The position numbers and the translations under genes are program-made. Positions 28,435 to 38,350 of a DNA stretch of 38,351 bases are shown piece after piece (position 1 is the stretch's first letter; each line of letters begins with the position of its first letter). Source of the DNA: a bacterium (GTDB taxonomy: Bacteria; CALINM01); assembly GCA_041640455.1 (NCBI GenBank), contig JBEQAF010000010.1:1-38351 (forward strand). Direction: 5' to 3'. The notes below the pieces were generated by a model. That model searched no databases. It was not told the origin of the DNA and saw only the letters and a program-made list of their open reading frames with translations.

Positions 28435-30774
28435 TTAAAATACGTGGGGGAGAACATCCTGGAGAGTCTCCACGGTGATAAACTTTACATCTCTTTTGAG
28501 ATACCTGGGAAGGTCTATAAGGTCTATCTCATTTTTTGATGGAATAATGACCTTTTTAATCCCTGATCTTCTTGCCGCTAAGGCTTTTTCCTTTATGCCA
28601 CCTATGGGCAGTACCCTACCTGTCAGGGTAATCTCGCCTGTCATGGACACATCGTTTCTTACGGGTTTTCCGGTAAGTAGCGATATCAACGATACGGCTA
28701 TGGTTATTCCTGCTGAAGGTCCATCTTTAGGAATGGCACCCTGCGGAACATGCACATGTATATCATATTTTGAAAACACAGTCTCATCAATGCCAAAGGA
28801 TTCGGCATTGCTTCTTATATAGCTAAGTGCTGCCTGAGCTGATTCTTTCATAACTTCGCCCAGATAGCCTGTCAGTATAAGCCCTTTCCTGCCTTTCATC
28901 TTGGTAGATTCCACAAATATAATATCTCCGCCGGTCTCTGTCCAGGCAAGACCAATGGCAACGCCAGGAGTTTTGTTATAAAAGCTCTTCTCATAATGAA
29001 ACCTTCTTGGACCTAAATATCTGGTTATCTGAGCCTCTTTAATGAGAAAATCCTTTTTCCCATCCTGAGTTATCTCCCTTGCAATCTTTCTTAACACCTG
29101 TTCAATAGCTCTTGAAAGATTTCTTAGCCCAGATTCTCTGGTATACTCCCTGATAATTTTTGTAACCGCACTATTAGTAAACTCTATATGGAAGGGATCA
29201 AGTCCGTTCTCTTTTTTTAATTTTGGTATCAGATGTATCTCTGCTATCTTTAGCTTTTCTTCCTCCGTATAGCCTGGAATATTTATTACCTCCATCCTAT
29301 CTCTCAAAGGAGCAGGTATGGGATCCAGAAGATTTGCCGTGGTAATAAATAGAACACGGCTCAGATCAAAGGGCACATCAAGATAATGATCAAGAAAGGT
29401 ATTATTCTGCTCAGGATCCAGTACCTCCAGCAGTGCCGATGCTGGATCACCTCTAAAATCGGTTCCTATCTTATCTACCTCATCAAGAATAAATACAGGG
29501 TTATTGGTTCCTGCCCTTTTAATCTCCTGGATAATTCTGCCTGGCATGGCACCCACATAGGTTCTTCTATGTCCCCTTATCTCAGCCTCATCTTTTATGC
29601 CGCCGAGGGACATTCTGATAAATTTTCTCCCCAGTGCCCTTGCAATAGATTTACCCAGTGAGGTCTTTCCTACTCCAGGAGGTCCAACCAGACACAGTAT
29701 TGAACCTTTCAAGTCACCTTTCAGTTTCTTAACAGCAAGAAACTCCAGTATCCTTTCCTTTACCTTCTCAAGATCGAAATGGTCTTCATCCAGTATCTTC
29801 TTAGCATTATTAATATCCAGATTATCTTCCGTTGATATACTCCAGGGCATGGAGATTAAATAATCAAGATAGGTTCTTATAACTGTAAATTCAGAGGAGG
29901 CCGGATTCATCTTTTCCAGTCTTGATAGCTCTTTCTGAGCAATCTCCTCCACTTTTTTGGGCATCTTTGCCTCGGTTATAGCCTTTTTAAGCTGAGATAT
30001 TTCATTGGCAAGCGAGTCATCATCGCCAAGCTCTTTCTGAATTATTTTCATCTGCTGTCTTAAAAGATAGTCTCTCTGAGTTTTTCCCATCTCTTTGGCG
30101 ACCTCTGCCTGAAGCTTGCCTTTTAATTGCAAGAACTCCACCTCATTACTCAAAAGCAGGAAAATCTTTTTCAGCCTTTCCGAAGGCTCTGTGGCATTTA
30201 ATATCTCAAGAAGCTGGCTAAAGTTTAGATTTAGCGCCATGGCAATGAAATCGGCAAGTTTTCCTGCATCATAAAGTCTTTCAGCTGTAGGAAATATATC
30301 TATCGGATAGGATTTGCCGAGAGACTGACTTATTTTCAAGAGCGATATGACACTCTGAACCATAGTCTCGTTAACAATATTTCTATCGTAAATCTCTTCA
30401 ATCTCTTCAAAATGCCCGATCGGATAGGGATGAATTTTAATAATCTCCTTTAATTTAACTCTGAAATGCCCCTCCATCAGTAACTTTATACCGCCCTCAG
30501 GCAGGTGTACAAGCTGGTTTATTTTGCAGGCGCAGCCGACTGGATTAAGATCCTGAGGGGTAAAAAAATCAGGGTTATAAGAGTCTGTTGGAGAGATCAG
30601 GACTATGGGGCTATGATTTATAAAAGCATTTTCAATGGCTGTGATAATCTGCTTATCAATAAAAAATAAAGAGACCATGGCATTCGGAAGAACCACATAC
30701 TCTTTTGTGATCACCATCGGGGTCTCTTCCGGGAGACTCAGTCTGTCCAGATAAAGCTCAAACCTTACAAACAT
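28435..30774 (-). CDS. lon: ATP-dependent Lon protease
   Basis: LON_N domain, GPPGVGKTS, LDEVDK, GLAWT, PKDGPSAG (Ser), GGIKEK (Lys). Confidence 0.98.
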   Translation of the reverse strand: MFVRFELYLDRLSLPEETPMVITKEYVVLPNAMVSLFFIDKQIITAIENAFINHSPIVLISPTDSYNPDFFTPQDLNPVGCACKINQLVHLPEGGIKLLMEGHFRVKLKEIIKIHPYPIGHFEEIEEIYDRNIVNETMVQSVISLLKISQSLGKSYPIDIFPTAERLYDAGKLADFIAMALNLNFSQLLEILNATEPSERLKKIFLLLSNEVEFLQLKGKLQAEVAKEMGKTQRDYLLRQQMKIIQKELGDDDSLANEISQLKKAITEAKMPKKVEEIAQKELSRLEKMNPASSEFTVIRTYLDYLISMPWSISTEDNLDINNAKKILDEDHFDLEKVKERILEFLAVKKLKGDLKGSILCLVGPPGVGKTSLGKSIARALGRKFIRMSLGGIKDEAEIRGHRRTYVGAMPGRIIQEIKRAGTNNPVFILDEVDKIGTDFRGDPASALLEVLDPEQNNTFLDHYLDVPFDLSRVLFITTANLLDPIPAPLRDRMEVINIPGYTEEEKLKIAEIHLIPKLKKENGLDPFHIEFTNSAVTKIIREYTRESGLRNLSRAIEQVLRKIAREITQDGKKDFLIKEAQITRYLGPRRFHYEKSFYNKTPGVAIGLAWTETGGDIIFVESTKMKGRKGLILTGYLGEVMKESAQAALSYIRSNAESFGIDETVFSKYDIHVHVPQGAIPKDGPSAGITIAVSLISLLTGKPVRNDVSMTGEITLTGRVLPIGGIKEKALAARRSGIKKVIIPSKNEIDLIDLPRYLKRDVKFITVETLQDVLPHVF

Positions 30775-30780
30775 AGTAAT

Positions 30781-30809
30781 AAGGTAACAAACTAAAGGCT
30801 TTTTTGCAA
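30781..30809 (-). promoter_or_regulatory. Putative sigma70 promoter of lon
   Basis: TTGCAA-N17-TACCTT with extended TGn, 6 nt before ATG 30774. Confidence 0.5.
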
Positions 30810-30893
30810 AGGATTTTTACCATACGCCCTTTTAATTTAAATATTAATTTTTTGTTAATTTCTGGCTGGCAAGTTTTTGTTTAATATTTAAAA

Positions 30894-30929
30894 TTGAAAA
30901 GAGAGTTGCTTTCTGGTATATATTATAAT
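30894..30929 (+). promoter_or_regulatory. Putative promoter of the activase gene
   Basis: TTGAAA-N17-(TGn)TATATA plus a perfect TATAAT at 30924-29, 5 nt before the ATG. Confidence 0.45.
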
Positions 30930-30934
30930 TAATT

Positions 30935-33900
30935 ATGTCCTTTTATGTTGATATCGGCTCGTCCTATCTGGCAGTTACAGACAGGGATAACAGGCAGGTC
31001 TTCTATGCTCCTCATAAAGGGCAGTTTAAAAAAATCCTTGCCGATCTTAACATAACACAGGATAATGCCCTTTTTACGGGAAAAAATGCCCTCTCTTACA
31101 GAGGACTTCACCCCTTTTATGTATTATTAAATCTTGCAAGTCATATAAAAGATATCAGACATATTCTTTATGTAGGCGCAAGCTCTTTCTTTATAATAAA
31201 TCTGGATGAGAACGGTAATTACCAGCGGCATACGGCAAACACTACCTGCGCTTCGGGGACCGGCTCTTTTCTTGACCTTCAGGCAAAACGTCTGGGATAT
31301 AGTATAGATGAGTTTGGCAAAAAGGCTTTGCAGGCAAAGGTAAAACCATCGGTATCAACAAGATGCTCTGTTTTTGCCAAGACAGATCTAATTCATCTGC
31401 AACAGGATGGCTATACTAAGGAAGAGATAGCAGCAGGACTTTGTGAGAGTCTTGCAGAGAATATTATAGACTGCCTTTTTAAAGGCTCCAGACCTGAAGG
31501 CAGAATCCTTTTGTGCGGTGGGGTCTTTAACAATATCTCTCTTTATAATGCCTTTAATGATCGGTTTGGCGCTGAAAATCTGATCTGCTCTGAGCCTCAT
31601 CTTTCATTGTGTAAAGGACTGAAGGTGATATCTGAAAAAAATCTACCTGCCCAGAGTGAAAATTATGAAGAGATCTTTAAAAAAGAGACTGATAAAGCCA
31701 GTACAGTCCTGAAAAGAAAGATCGACTACCCTGATTTTGACAGCTTTAACAACATTTATGACCAGCTGGGAAACGAGATAACCATTTATAAGGAGCTTAC
31801 AGGACAGGAGCTGGCATGCTACATGGGCATAGATATCGGCTCTACCAGCACCAAAATCTGTATTATTGATACAGAGAAAAACCCAGTTCTCGCCATTTAC
31901 AGAAAGACCGCTTCTGACCCTATAAATGCCGTAAAGCTTATCTTTAAAGCTCTGTTAAACCTTCAGACTGAAAAAAAATTATCCTTCAATTTTTTAGGTG
32001 TGGCTACCACTGGATCGGGAAGAAAACTTATTAAAGAGGTAATTAAGGCTGACGAGGCAATAAATGAGATAACAGCCCACGCACTTGCTGCAGCATTTAT
32101 TGATAAAGATGTGGATACCATAATAGAGATTGGCGGACAGGATTCGAAATTTACCAAGATGAAAAACGGGATGGTTTATTATTCCATAATGAACTATGTA
32201 TGTGCCGCAGGAACGGGCTCCTTTATAGAAGAACAGGCAGAAAAGCTTGGCATCCCCATAAACGATTTTGCAAAAGTTGCCGAAAACAGAACACCGCCAG
32301 CCACATCTGATAGATGCACGGTTTTTATGGAAAAGGATATTGACCTTCTAATAGCTAAGGGAGTTCCAAAGGAAGATATTGCAGCCGCTGTGCTCTGCGC
32401 TGTTAGAGACAATTATCTGAACAAAGTGGCAGGAAATGTTCCTATGGGAGAAAAGATATATTTTCAGGGTGCAACAGCCAGAAATAGAGCACTTGTTTCT
32501 GCTTTTGAACAGCGGCTGGGAAAAAATATCATTGTTTCACCATACTGCCATATCACAGGAGCTCTTGGCTCTGCTCTTTATGTAATGAACAAAAATATAG
32601 GCAAGTCTATTTTCGTGGGGCTTAATTTTTCAAATAAAGATACCCTTATTGAAAAGGAGGTCTGCGAGCTTTGTGTTAACAAATGCGCACTTTCAATAAT
32701 AAAAACAGATGATTCAAAGGTTGCATGGGGATTGAAATGTGGCAGAGATTATGAGACAAAAAAACCAAAGAAAGTAGCCGAAAATCCCTATATAAAACAG
32801 CGTGAGATATTTTTAAAAACCCAGCTCAATAAAACCTATAAAAGGGGTAAGCTTTATATCCCCGATTTCCTTGGAAATGCAGAAAATATCTATTTTCTAA
32901 AAAGTCTTCTGGATTATCTGGATATAGAACCGGTTATTCTGCCTCCCCAAAAGGATAATTATGAAAAGGGTCGAAAGGTAGCAAACTTTGAAGTATGTGC
33001 TCCCTGCGTTATAACCTTCGGAGCCATCTCTGAGATTAAAGATAAAAAACTCTTTTTCCCCTATTTTCTGAAAAATGAGGTTCCCTCTGATATTACAGAA
33101 TGCCATCTCTGCCCATTAACCCAGTCTATCCCATCCATATTAAAGACCCAGAATAAGCAAGCACAATTTATATCCCCCAAGATACTAAAACCCTACCCCA
33201 GAACTGATGATAAAGATAGTATATTTGCGTTATTTAATAAACATTTTGGTATTGGCATCAAAGAGACTGCAGAGGCGCTAAAACATGCTGAAGCAGTTAC
33301 AGAAGAGCTGGAAGGTAAAAAATATCTACAGGGAAGAGAATTTATAAATAACCTTAAAGATGACGAGATAGGTGTAATTGTTCTTGGAAGACCTTATATT
33401 CTTTACAATCCGAGATTAAATCACAGACTGATAGACAAGATGTTTGATTACAACATTAAGGCAATTCCGGTAGATTTTATAGAACCTGACTGGAACTTTA
33501 TAAGAGATAAGTTCCCTCATGTTTACTGGCAGTTTGGTCAGATTATACTTTCAGCTCTAAAGCATATTAAGGAAAAAAAGAACCTCTTCCCGGTATTTCT
33601 TTCCTGCTTTTCCTGTGGTCCTGACTCCTTTATTCTTAACTATTTTTACAGGGAGATGGAGGCATTAAAAAAACCTTATCTCGTTTTGCAGTTAGATGGT
33701 CACAGCTCAGCAACTGGCTATATTACAAGGCTGGAAGCTGCCATAGATAGTTTTAAAAACTATCTGACACTGAACATTCAGGGTGATTTTACAAAAGATG
33801 TTTATAGTCAGATAAAAGATATGCCATCTCAAAACAGGGTTGTTCTGGTACCGCCCATGGAAGAGAAGGGCGCAGAGCTTATCGCATCAGCCTTCAAAAC

Positions 33901-35008
33901 TAAATATAAAGAAGCAGAGGTTTTAAAGGAGTCCATAGAGAGTTTTAGAGAAGGTTTAACATACTCAACAGGCTATGAATGCTCGCCCTATCATTCCACG
34001 CTGGGAGCTGTGTTAAAAAGAACCGAGACGAACGGTACGCCTTACGCTTACTTTATGCCTTCAGGCATTGGTCCCTGCAGATTCGGGCAGTATTCGGTTT
34101 TTCAGAATACCATACTTAAAAATTTAGGAAGAGATGTGGAGATTATTTCTCCTTCGGATAGAAATGCCTATGCGGGCATCTCTAAAGACCTGAAAAAGCT
34201 TATCTTTGACAGCATCATAATGAACGATATTATTAAGAAAATATCCCTATCCATAAGACCATACGAGGTAAAGAAGGGAGAGACTGACAGTATACTAAAA
34301 AGGATTTATGAGGATATTAAAAAAGCCATAGAGAACCAGAAAGATTATTTTATTACATTCAAAAAAGCTATTGAAGAGCTGGCATCTGTAAAAATCTCAC
34401 CCGTTCCCAAGCCTGTTATAGGCATAGTTGGAGAGATTTATGTAAGAAGCAACAACTTTCTTAATGACAATCTTATCCATACCATTGAATCCTTAGGAGG
34501 GGAAGCAAAGATAGCTACCATATCGGAATGGTTTTTTTACACTCTTTACCTTGAGGGGGTCGATATTAGGATTCTTAACAAAGGAATCACGGCAAAACTG
34601 GCTTATAACATGAAGCGGAAGCTCTATTTTCAAAGAGAGCATATGTTTTTTGACTATGCAAAAAAATATTTTCCAACTCTTTATGAGCCTCATATTGACC
34701 ATGTGGTTTCTGAAGGTAAACGCTATCTACCAGAAGAGTTTATGGGTGAAGCCATACTAACCGTTGGTAGAACAATAATATTTTTTGAAAAAGAGAATGC
34801 AGATGCTGTGGTAAACGCATCACCTACCTTCTGCATGCCCGGCACCATAACAAGCTATCTACTTAAAGATCTCGAAAAAACTTATAAAAAACCTGTAATA
34901 CCGCTCTTTTATGATAAAACAGGCAATCCCAATCTTGATCTTATCCCCTACCTCGAGATACTAAAAAGTTCTAAGCTATCTGAAAAGTTTTTGGCTAAAA
35001 AACAGTAA
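30935..35008 (+). CDS. Multidomain acyl-CoA dehydratase activase fusion (two BadF/BadG/BcrA/BcrD ASKHA ATPase domains plus dehydratase-related C-terminal domains)
   Basis: DIGSS and GIDIGSTSTK, CASGTGSF and CAAGTGSF, RCSVF and RCTVF, EIGGQDSK; CELCVNKC; LGRPY, FSCGPD, GPCRFGQY, VGEIY, FCMP. Confidence 0.92.
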   Translation: MSFYVDIGSSYLAVTDRDNRQVFYAPHKGQFKKILADLNITQDNALFTGKNALSYRGLHPFYVLLNLASHIKDIRHILYVGASSFFIINLDENGNYQRHTANTTCASGTGSFLDLQAKRLGYSIDEFGKKALQAKVKPSVSTRCSVFAKTDLIHLQQDGYTKEEIAAGLCESLAENIIDCLFKGSRPEGRILLCGGVFNNISLYNAFNDRFGAENLICSEPHLSLCKGLKVISEKNLPAQSENYEEIFKKETDKASTVLKRKIDYPDFDSFNNIYDQLGNEITIYKELTGQELACYMGIDIGSTSTKICIIDTEKNPVLAIYRKTASDPINAVKLIFKALLNLQTEKKLSFNFLGVATTGSGRKLIKEVIKADEAINEITAHALAAAFIDKDVDTIIEIGGQDSKFTKMKNGMVYYSIMNYVCAAGTGSFIEEQAEKLGIPINDFAKVAENRTPPATSDRCTVFMEKDIDLLIAKGVPKEDIAAAVLCAVRDNYLNKVAGNVPMGEKIYFQGATARNRALVSAFEQRLGKNIIVSPYCHITGALGSALYVMNKNIGKSIFVGLNFSNKDTLIEKEVCELCVNKCALSIIKTDDSKVAWGLKCGRDYETKKPKKVAENPYIKQREIFLKTQLNKTYKRGKLYIPDFLGNAENIYFLKSLLDYLDIEPVILPPQKDNYEKGRKVANFEVCAPCVITFGAISEIKDKKLFFPYFLKNEVPSDITECHLCPLTQSIPSILKTQNKQAQFISPKILKPYPRTDDKDSIFALFNKHFGIGIKETAEALKHAEAVTEELEGKKYLQGREFINNLKDDEIGVIVLGRPYILYNPRLNHRLIDKMFDYNIKAIPVDFIEPDWNFIRDKFPHVYWQFGQIILSALKHIKEKKNLFPVFLSCFSCGPDSFILNYFYREMEALKKPYLVLQLDGHSSATGYITRLEAAIDSFKNYLTLNIQGDFTKDVYSQIKDMPSQNRVVLVPPMEEKGAELIASAFKTKYKEAEVLKESIESFREGLTYSTGYECSPYHSTLGAVLKRTETNGTPYAYFMPSGIGPCRFGQYSVFQNTILKNLGRDVEIISPSDRNAYAGISKDLKKLIFDSIIMNDIIKKISLSIRPYEVKKGETDSILKRIYEDIKKAIENQKDYFITFKKAIEELASVKISPVPKPVIGIVGEIYVRSNNFLNDNLIHTIESLGGEAKIATISEWFFYTLYLEGVDIRILNKGITAKLAYNMKRKLYFQREHMFFDYAKKYFPTLYEPHIDHVVSEGKRYLPEEFMGEAILTVGRTIIFFEKENADAVVNASPTFCMPGTITSYLLKDLEKTYKKPVIPLFYDKTGNPNLDLIPYLEILKSSKLSEKFLAKKQ

Positions 35009-35022
35009 ACATAACATCCATC

Positions 35023-35553
35023 TCAAATCTTCCTGAATCTTCCCCAGTAGACCAGAAAGGATATAATTGAAAGAAGTATAGTAACAACATATAGCGGGTA
35101 ATAAAGATAGGAGATGTCCATATGCTGATATATATGGTCAATAAGTACAAAAAAAGTAATCAGAAACACGCATAGATTTACAGCCTTGCCCGCAATATGA
35201 GGAGACAGATTTCTCATCCCTACCCTGTCTATAAATATTACCGAGCCTATAGAAACAAAGATATCTCTTAAAAGCAGTATTCCGAAAAACCATAGCGGCA
35301 CAAGCCCTTTATAGCTCATAATAGAAAGAGAAAATAGAAAAAAAAGCTTGTCAGCCAGAGGATCTAAAAATTTTCCAAGAGCGGTTACCTGATTTAACCT
35401 TCTTGCTAAGAAGCCATCTAAAAGATCACTAACAGTACCAATAACAAAAAGAGCCAATGCATAACTGTAATTATCATGCATCAGCTCGTAGATATAAAAA
35501 GGGATAACAAGAATGCGAAACAGAGACAGCAGGTTTGGAATATTTAGATACAT
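35023..35553 (-). CDS. CDP-alcohol phosphatidyltransferase (PgsA-like)
   Basis: NIPNLLSLFR, DLLDGFLARRLNQVTALGKFLDPLADK. Confidence 0.88.
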   Translation of the reverse strand: MYLNIPNLLSLFRILVIPFYIYELMHDNYSYALALFVIGTVSDLLDGFLARRLNQVTALGKFLDPLADKLFFLFSLSIMSYKGLVPLWFFGILLLRDIFVSIGSVIFIDRVGMRNLSPHIAGKAVNLCVFLITFFVLIDHIYQHMDISYLYYPLYVVTILLSIISFLVYWGRFRKI

Positions 35554-35554
35554 G

Positions 35555-36763
35555 TTATTCCATATTTTTAATTATCTCCCGCGCAAACTCGGAACATTTA
35601 ACCTCTATAGATCCTTCCATCTGTCTTGCCAGATCATAGGTTACGGTTTTATTTTTAATAGTTTTTTCAATAGCCTTCACAATCATCTCTGATACCTTGC
35701 TCCAGCCCAGATATTCAAACATCATCACCCCTGAAAGTATTACCGATGAAGGATTAATCTTATCAAGCCCTGCATACTTGGGTGCTGTTCCATGTGTTGC
35801 CTCAAAAATAGCATATCCATCACCAATATTGGCTCCAGGCGCCATCCCAAGCCCTCCAACAAGCGCAGCAGCCGCATCGGACAGATAATCTCCATTAAGG
35901 TTTGGCGTTACAATTACTTTATACTCATCAGGTCTTAATACAATCTGCTGAAACATGGCATCAGCAATCCTGTCGTTAACCAGAATCTTTCCTTCCTTTC
36001 TATCTGCTTCTCCTTCAACTGTGATATATCCTCCAAACTCGTTTTTTGCACATTCCACACCCCAGTTTTTAAATGCACCTTCGGTAAACTTCATAATATT
36101 ACCTTTGTGAACAAAAGTAACCGTATCTTTTTTATGTTCTATTGCGTATTTAATAGCCATTCTCGTAAGTCTTTCTGTGGCAAACTTGCTTATAGGCTTT
36201 ATACCTATACCTACAAATTCTGGCAGTTTTCTTCCAAACTCTTTTAGCAAAAAGTTAGATACCTTTTTTGCCTCTTCACTGCCTGCCTGCCATTCGATCC
36301 CTGCGTAAAGGTCTTCCGTATTTTCTCTAAATATGACAAAGTCCACTTTTTCTGGATATTTGATGGGGGAAGGCACGCCTTCAAAATATCTTACAGGTCT
36401 GACACAGGCATAAAGATCCAGCTCCTGCCTTAATGCAACGTTAATACTTCTTATCCCCTTCCCAACCGGCGTGGTAAGGGGACCCTTTATTCCTACTCTC
36501 AGATCTTTTATGAGATTTAACGTTTCTTCAGGAAGATAGGATCCTTTCTCAATATAAGCCTTTTCACCAGCAAATCCTTCTACCCACTGAACCTCCTTCT
36601 CCCCTTTATAGGCTTTTTTAACAGCCTCATCAAACACCATTTTTGAGGCATTCCAGATGTCAGGACCTGTCCCATCTCCCTCAATAAACACAATGTAAGG
36701 TCTGTCTGGAACTACAAGCTGTCCGTTTTGAAACTTAATCTTAAACTCATCGCTTAAAACCAT
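35555..36763 (-). CDS. icd: NADP-dependent isocitrate dehydrogenase
   Basis: [62 protein letters not shown]. Confidence 0.98.
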   Translation of the reverse strand: MVLSDEFKIKFQNGQLVVPDRPYIVFIEGDGTGPDIWNASKMVFDEAVKKAYKGEKEVQWVEGFAGEKAYIEKGSYLPEETLNLIKDLRVGIKGPLTTPVGKGIRSINVALRQELDLYACVRPVRYFEGVPSPIKYPEKVDFVIFRENTEDLYAGIEWQAGSEEAKKVSNFLLKEFGRKLPEFVGIGIKPISKFATERLTRMAIKYAIEHKKDTVTFVHKGNIMKFTEGAFKNWGVECAKNEFGGYITVEGEADRKEGKILVNDRIADAMFQQIVLRPDEYKVIVTPNLNGDYLSDAAAALVGGLGMAPGANIGDGYAIFEATHGTAPKYAGLDKINPSSVILSGVMMFEYLGWSKVSEMIVKAIEKTIKNKTVTYDLARQMEGSIEVKCSEFAREIIKNME

Positions 36764-36841
36764 TAAAACTCTCCTTCCTTGTTTTATTAAACCAATCCGA
36801 TCAGTAAACTGTAGCTCAAACCTGTTTTATCTTATAAAAAA

Positions 36842-38350
36842 TTAGTCTTCTGTCTTGGCAAGATGTTCAAACTTAATATCAAGCCCCACCACGCCCACAA
36901 TCTCATCTTTTTTGCTTCTGATAGGTGCTGATACGGTCACACATAAAGCCCCGGTAATCTTTGAGCTGTAAAGATCTGTCACATAGATTTTTCCTGTCTT
37001 TACAGGCTCAATAAACCATTCTCTGTCAGAAAAATCTTCATTATAGCCTATCTTTTCATATTTTGGCTTATCTTCCAGCTGGGTAATATTTCTGGTAATC
37101 TTTATCCCCTCTGAATTGGTAATGTATGCAAACTGTATAAAGGGGTTCTCCTCTACCAGTTTTTTAAGAGCTTTTTCCTGCTTTTCTGGCTTCATGGAGG
37201 TTATATCAGGCACCTGAATAAGCTCTTCTATTAGATGTAATACCATATCCTTCGCCTTAGCTTTTATACGATCAAACTCAGACATAAAAAGTTCGGGTAG
37301 ATATTTTCTGCAAAGCTTTTCCATCTCTTCGTCAGATATGGATGTAGTTCTGCCCTCGTTGTATTGCTTTTCAATCCAGCTGTAAATCTTAAGAATGCTT
37401 GGATGTCTTTTGTCAATCTTTTTCTCATCTTTAAGCCCGAGCCTCTGGTTAATCCAGTATGCTATACCAGCTGCCCCTGATTTGTCCGTAATGGTCACCT
37501 TAATAGGTCTGTTTAAAATTTTCAGGGTATCAAAAACATTGTAAATCTCCTCATTTTTAATCACCCCATCGGCATGAATCCCCGCTGATGTGGCATTAAA
37601 GGCTTCACCTACAAAAGGATAGTTTGCAGGGATATCAAAACCTATCTCTCGCTTAAAGTACTCAGCAATCTCTGTAATAACGGTGGTATCAATCTCGCTG
37701 TTACTTCCTCTGAGGCTCAAGTAATCTATCACAAGCGCCTCAATGGGCGGATTTCCCGTTCTCTCGCCAAACCCGATAAGACTGGCATTTATGGAGCTAA
37801 CACCGTATAACCATGCAGACAGTCCGTTTACTAACCCTCTATGAAAATCATTATGTCCGTGCCACTCAAGCTGTTCGGCAGTAATGCCTGTCTCTTTTTT
37901 CAGCACATAAACCAGCTTGGGGATACCTCTCGGCAGCTCTGCTTGTGGAAAGGGAAGACCGTATCCCATTGTATCACAGAGCCTTACTCTAATATCTATA
38001 CCGCTGTCCTCACAGAGCTCCATTATACCGAGCACAAAGGGGATAACAAATCCGTAAATATCGGCTCTTGTCACATCTTCGAAATGACATCTTGGTTTTA
38101 TACCGATTGAAAGGGCATCTTTTATAACCCCCAGATAGTTATCAAGCGCCTTTTTCCTATCCCAGCCAAGTTTAAGATATATATGATAGTCAGAAACGGA
38201 AGTTAGTATACCTGTCTCATTAATACCCATCTCTTTTACAAGCTTCAGATCCTCCTTGTTTGCTCTGACCCATGCGGTAATCTCGGGATACTTGTAACCC
38301 AGCTCCATGCACTGCCTGACTGCCTCTTTATCTTTGTCGCTATAAAGAAA
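36842..38350 (-). CDS. Re-citrate synthase-like DRE-TIM metallolyase with a C-terminal Cache domain (5' end outside window)
   Basis: Frame stays open to the window end (FLYSDKDKEAVRQCMELGY...). Motifs SDYHI, RCHFEDVTRAD, CDTMG, EWHGHNDF, GFGERTGN, AGIHADG; C-terminal DFSDREWF...VTVSAPI...GVVGLDI; upstream of icd. Confidence 0.85.
   Translation of the reverse strand, partial: FLYSDKDKEAVRQCMELGYKYPEITAWVRANKEDLKLVKEMGINETGILTSVSDYHIYLKLGWDRKKALDNYLGVIKDALSIGIKPRCHFEDVTRADIYGFVIPFVLGIMELCEDSGIDIRVRLCDTMGYGLPFPQAELPRGIPKLVYVLKKETGITAEQLEWHGHNDFHRGLVNGLSAWLYGVSSINASLIGFGERTGNPPIEALVIDYLSLRGSNSEIDTTVITEIAEYFKREIGFDIPANYPFVGEAFNATSAGIHADGVIKNEEIYNVFDTLKILNRPIKVTITDKSGAAGIAYWINQRLGLKDEKKIDKRHPSILKIYSWIEKQYNEGRTTSISDEEMEKLCRKYLPELFMSEFDRIKAKAKDMVLHLIEELIQVPDITSMKPEKQEKALKKLVEENPFIQFAYITNSEGIKITRNITQLEDKPKYEKIGYNEDFSDREWFIEPVKTGKIYVTDLYSSKITGALCVTVSAPIRSKKDEIVGVVGLDIKFEHLAKTED

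Noticed and set aside
30866..30882. Sigma54-like CTGGCAAGTTTTTGT upstream of the activase
   Set aside because: GG-to-GC spacing is wrong and there is no GC at -12.
36800..36808. ATCAGTAAA shared between the icd and ilvC upstream regions
   Set aside because: A 9-bp AT-rich match; the palindrome is not preserved at icd, so chance is likely.
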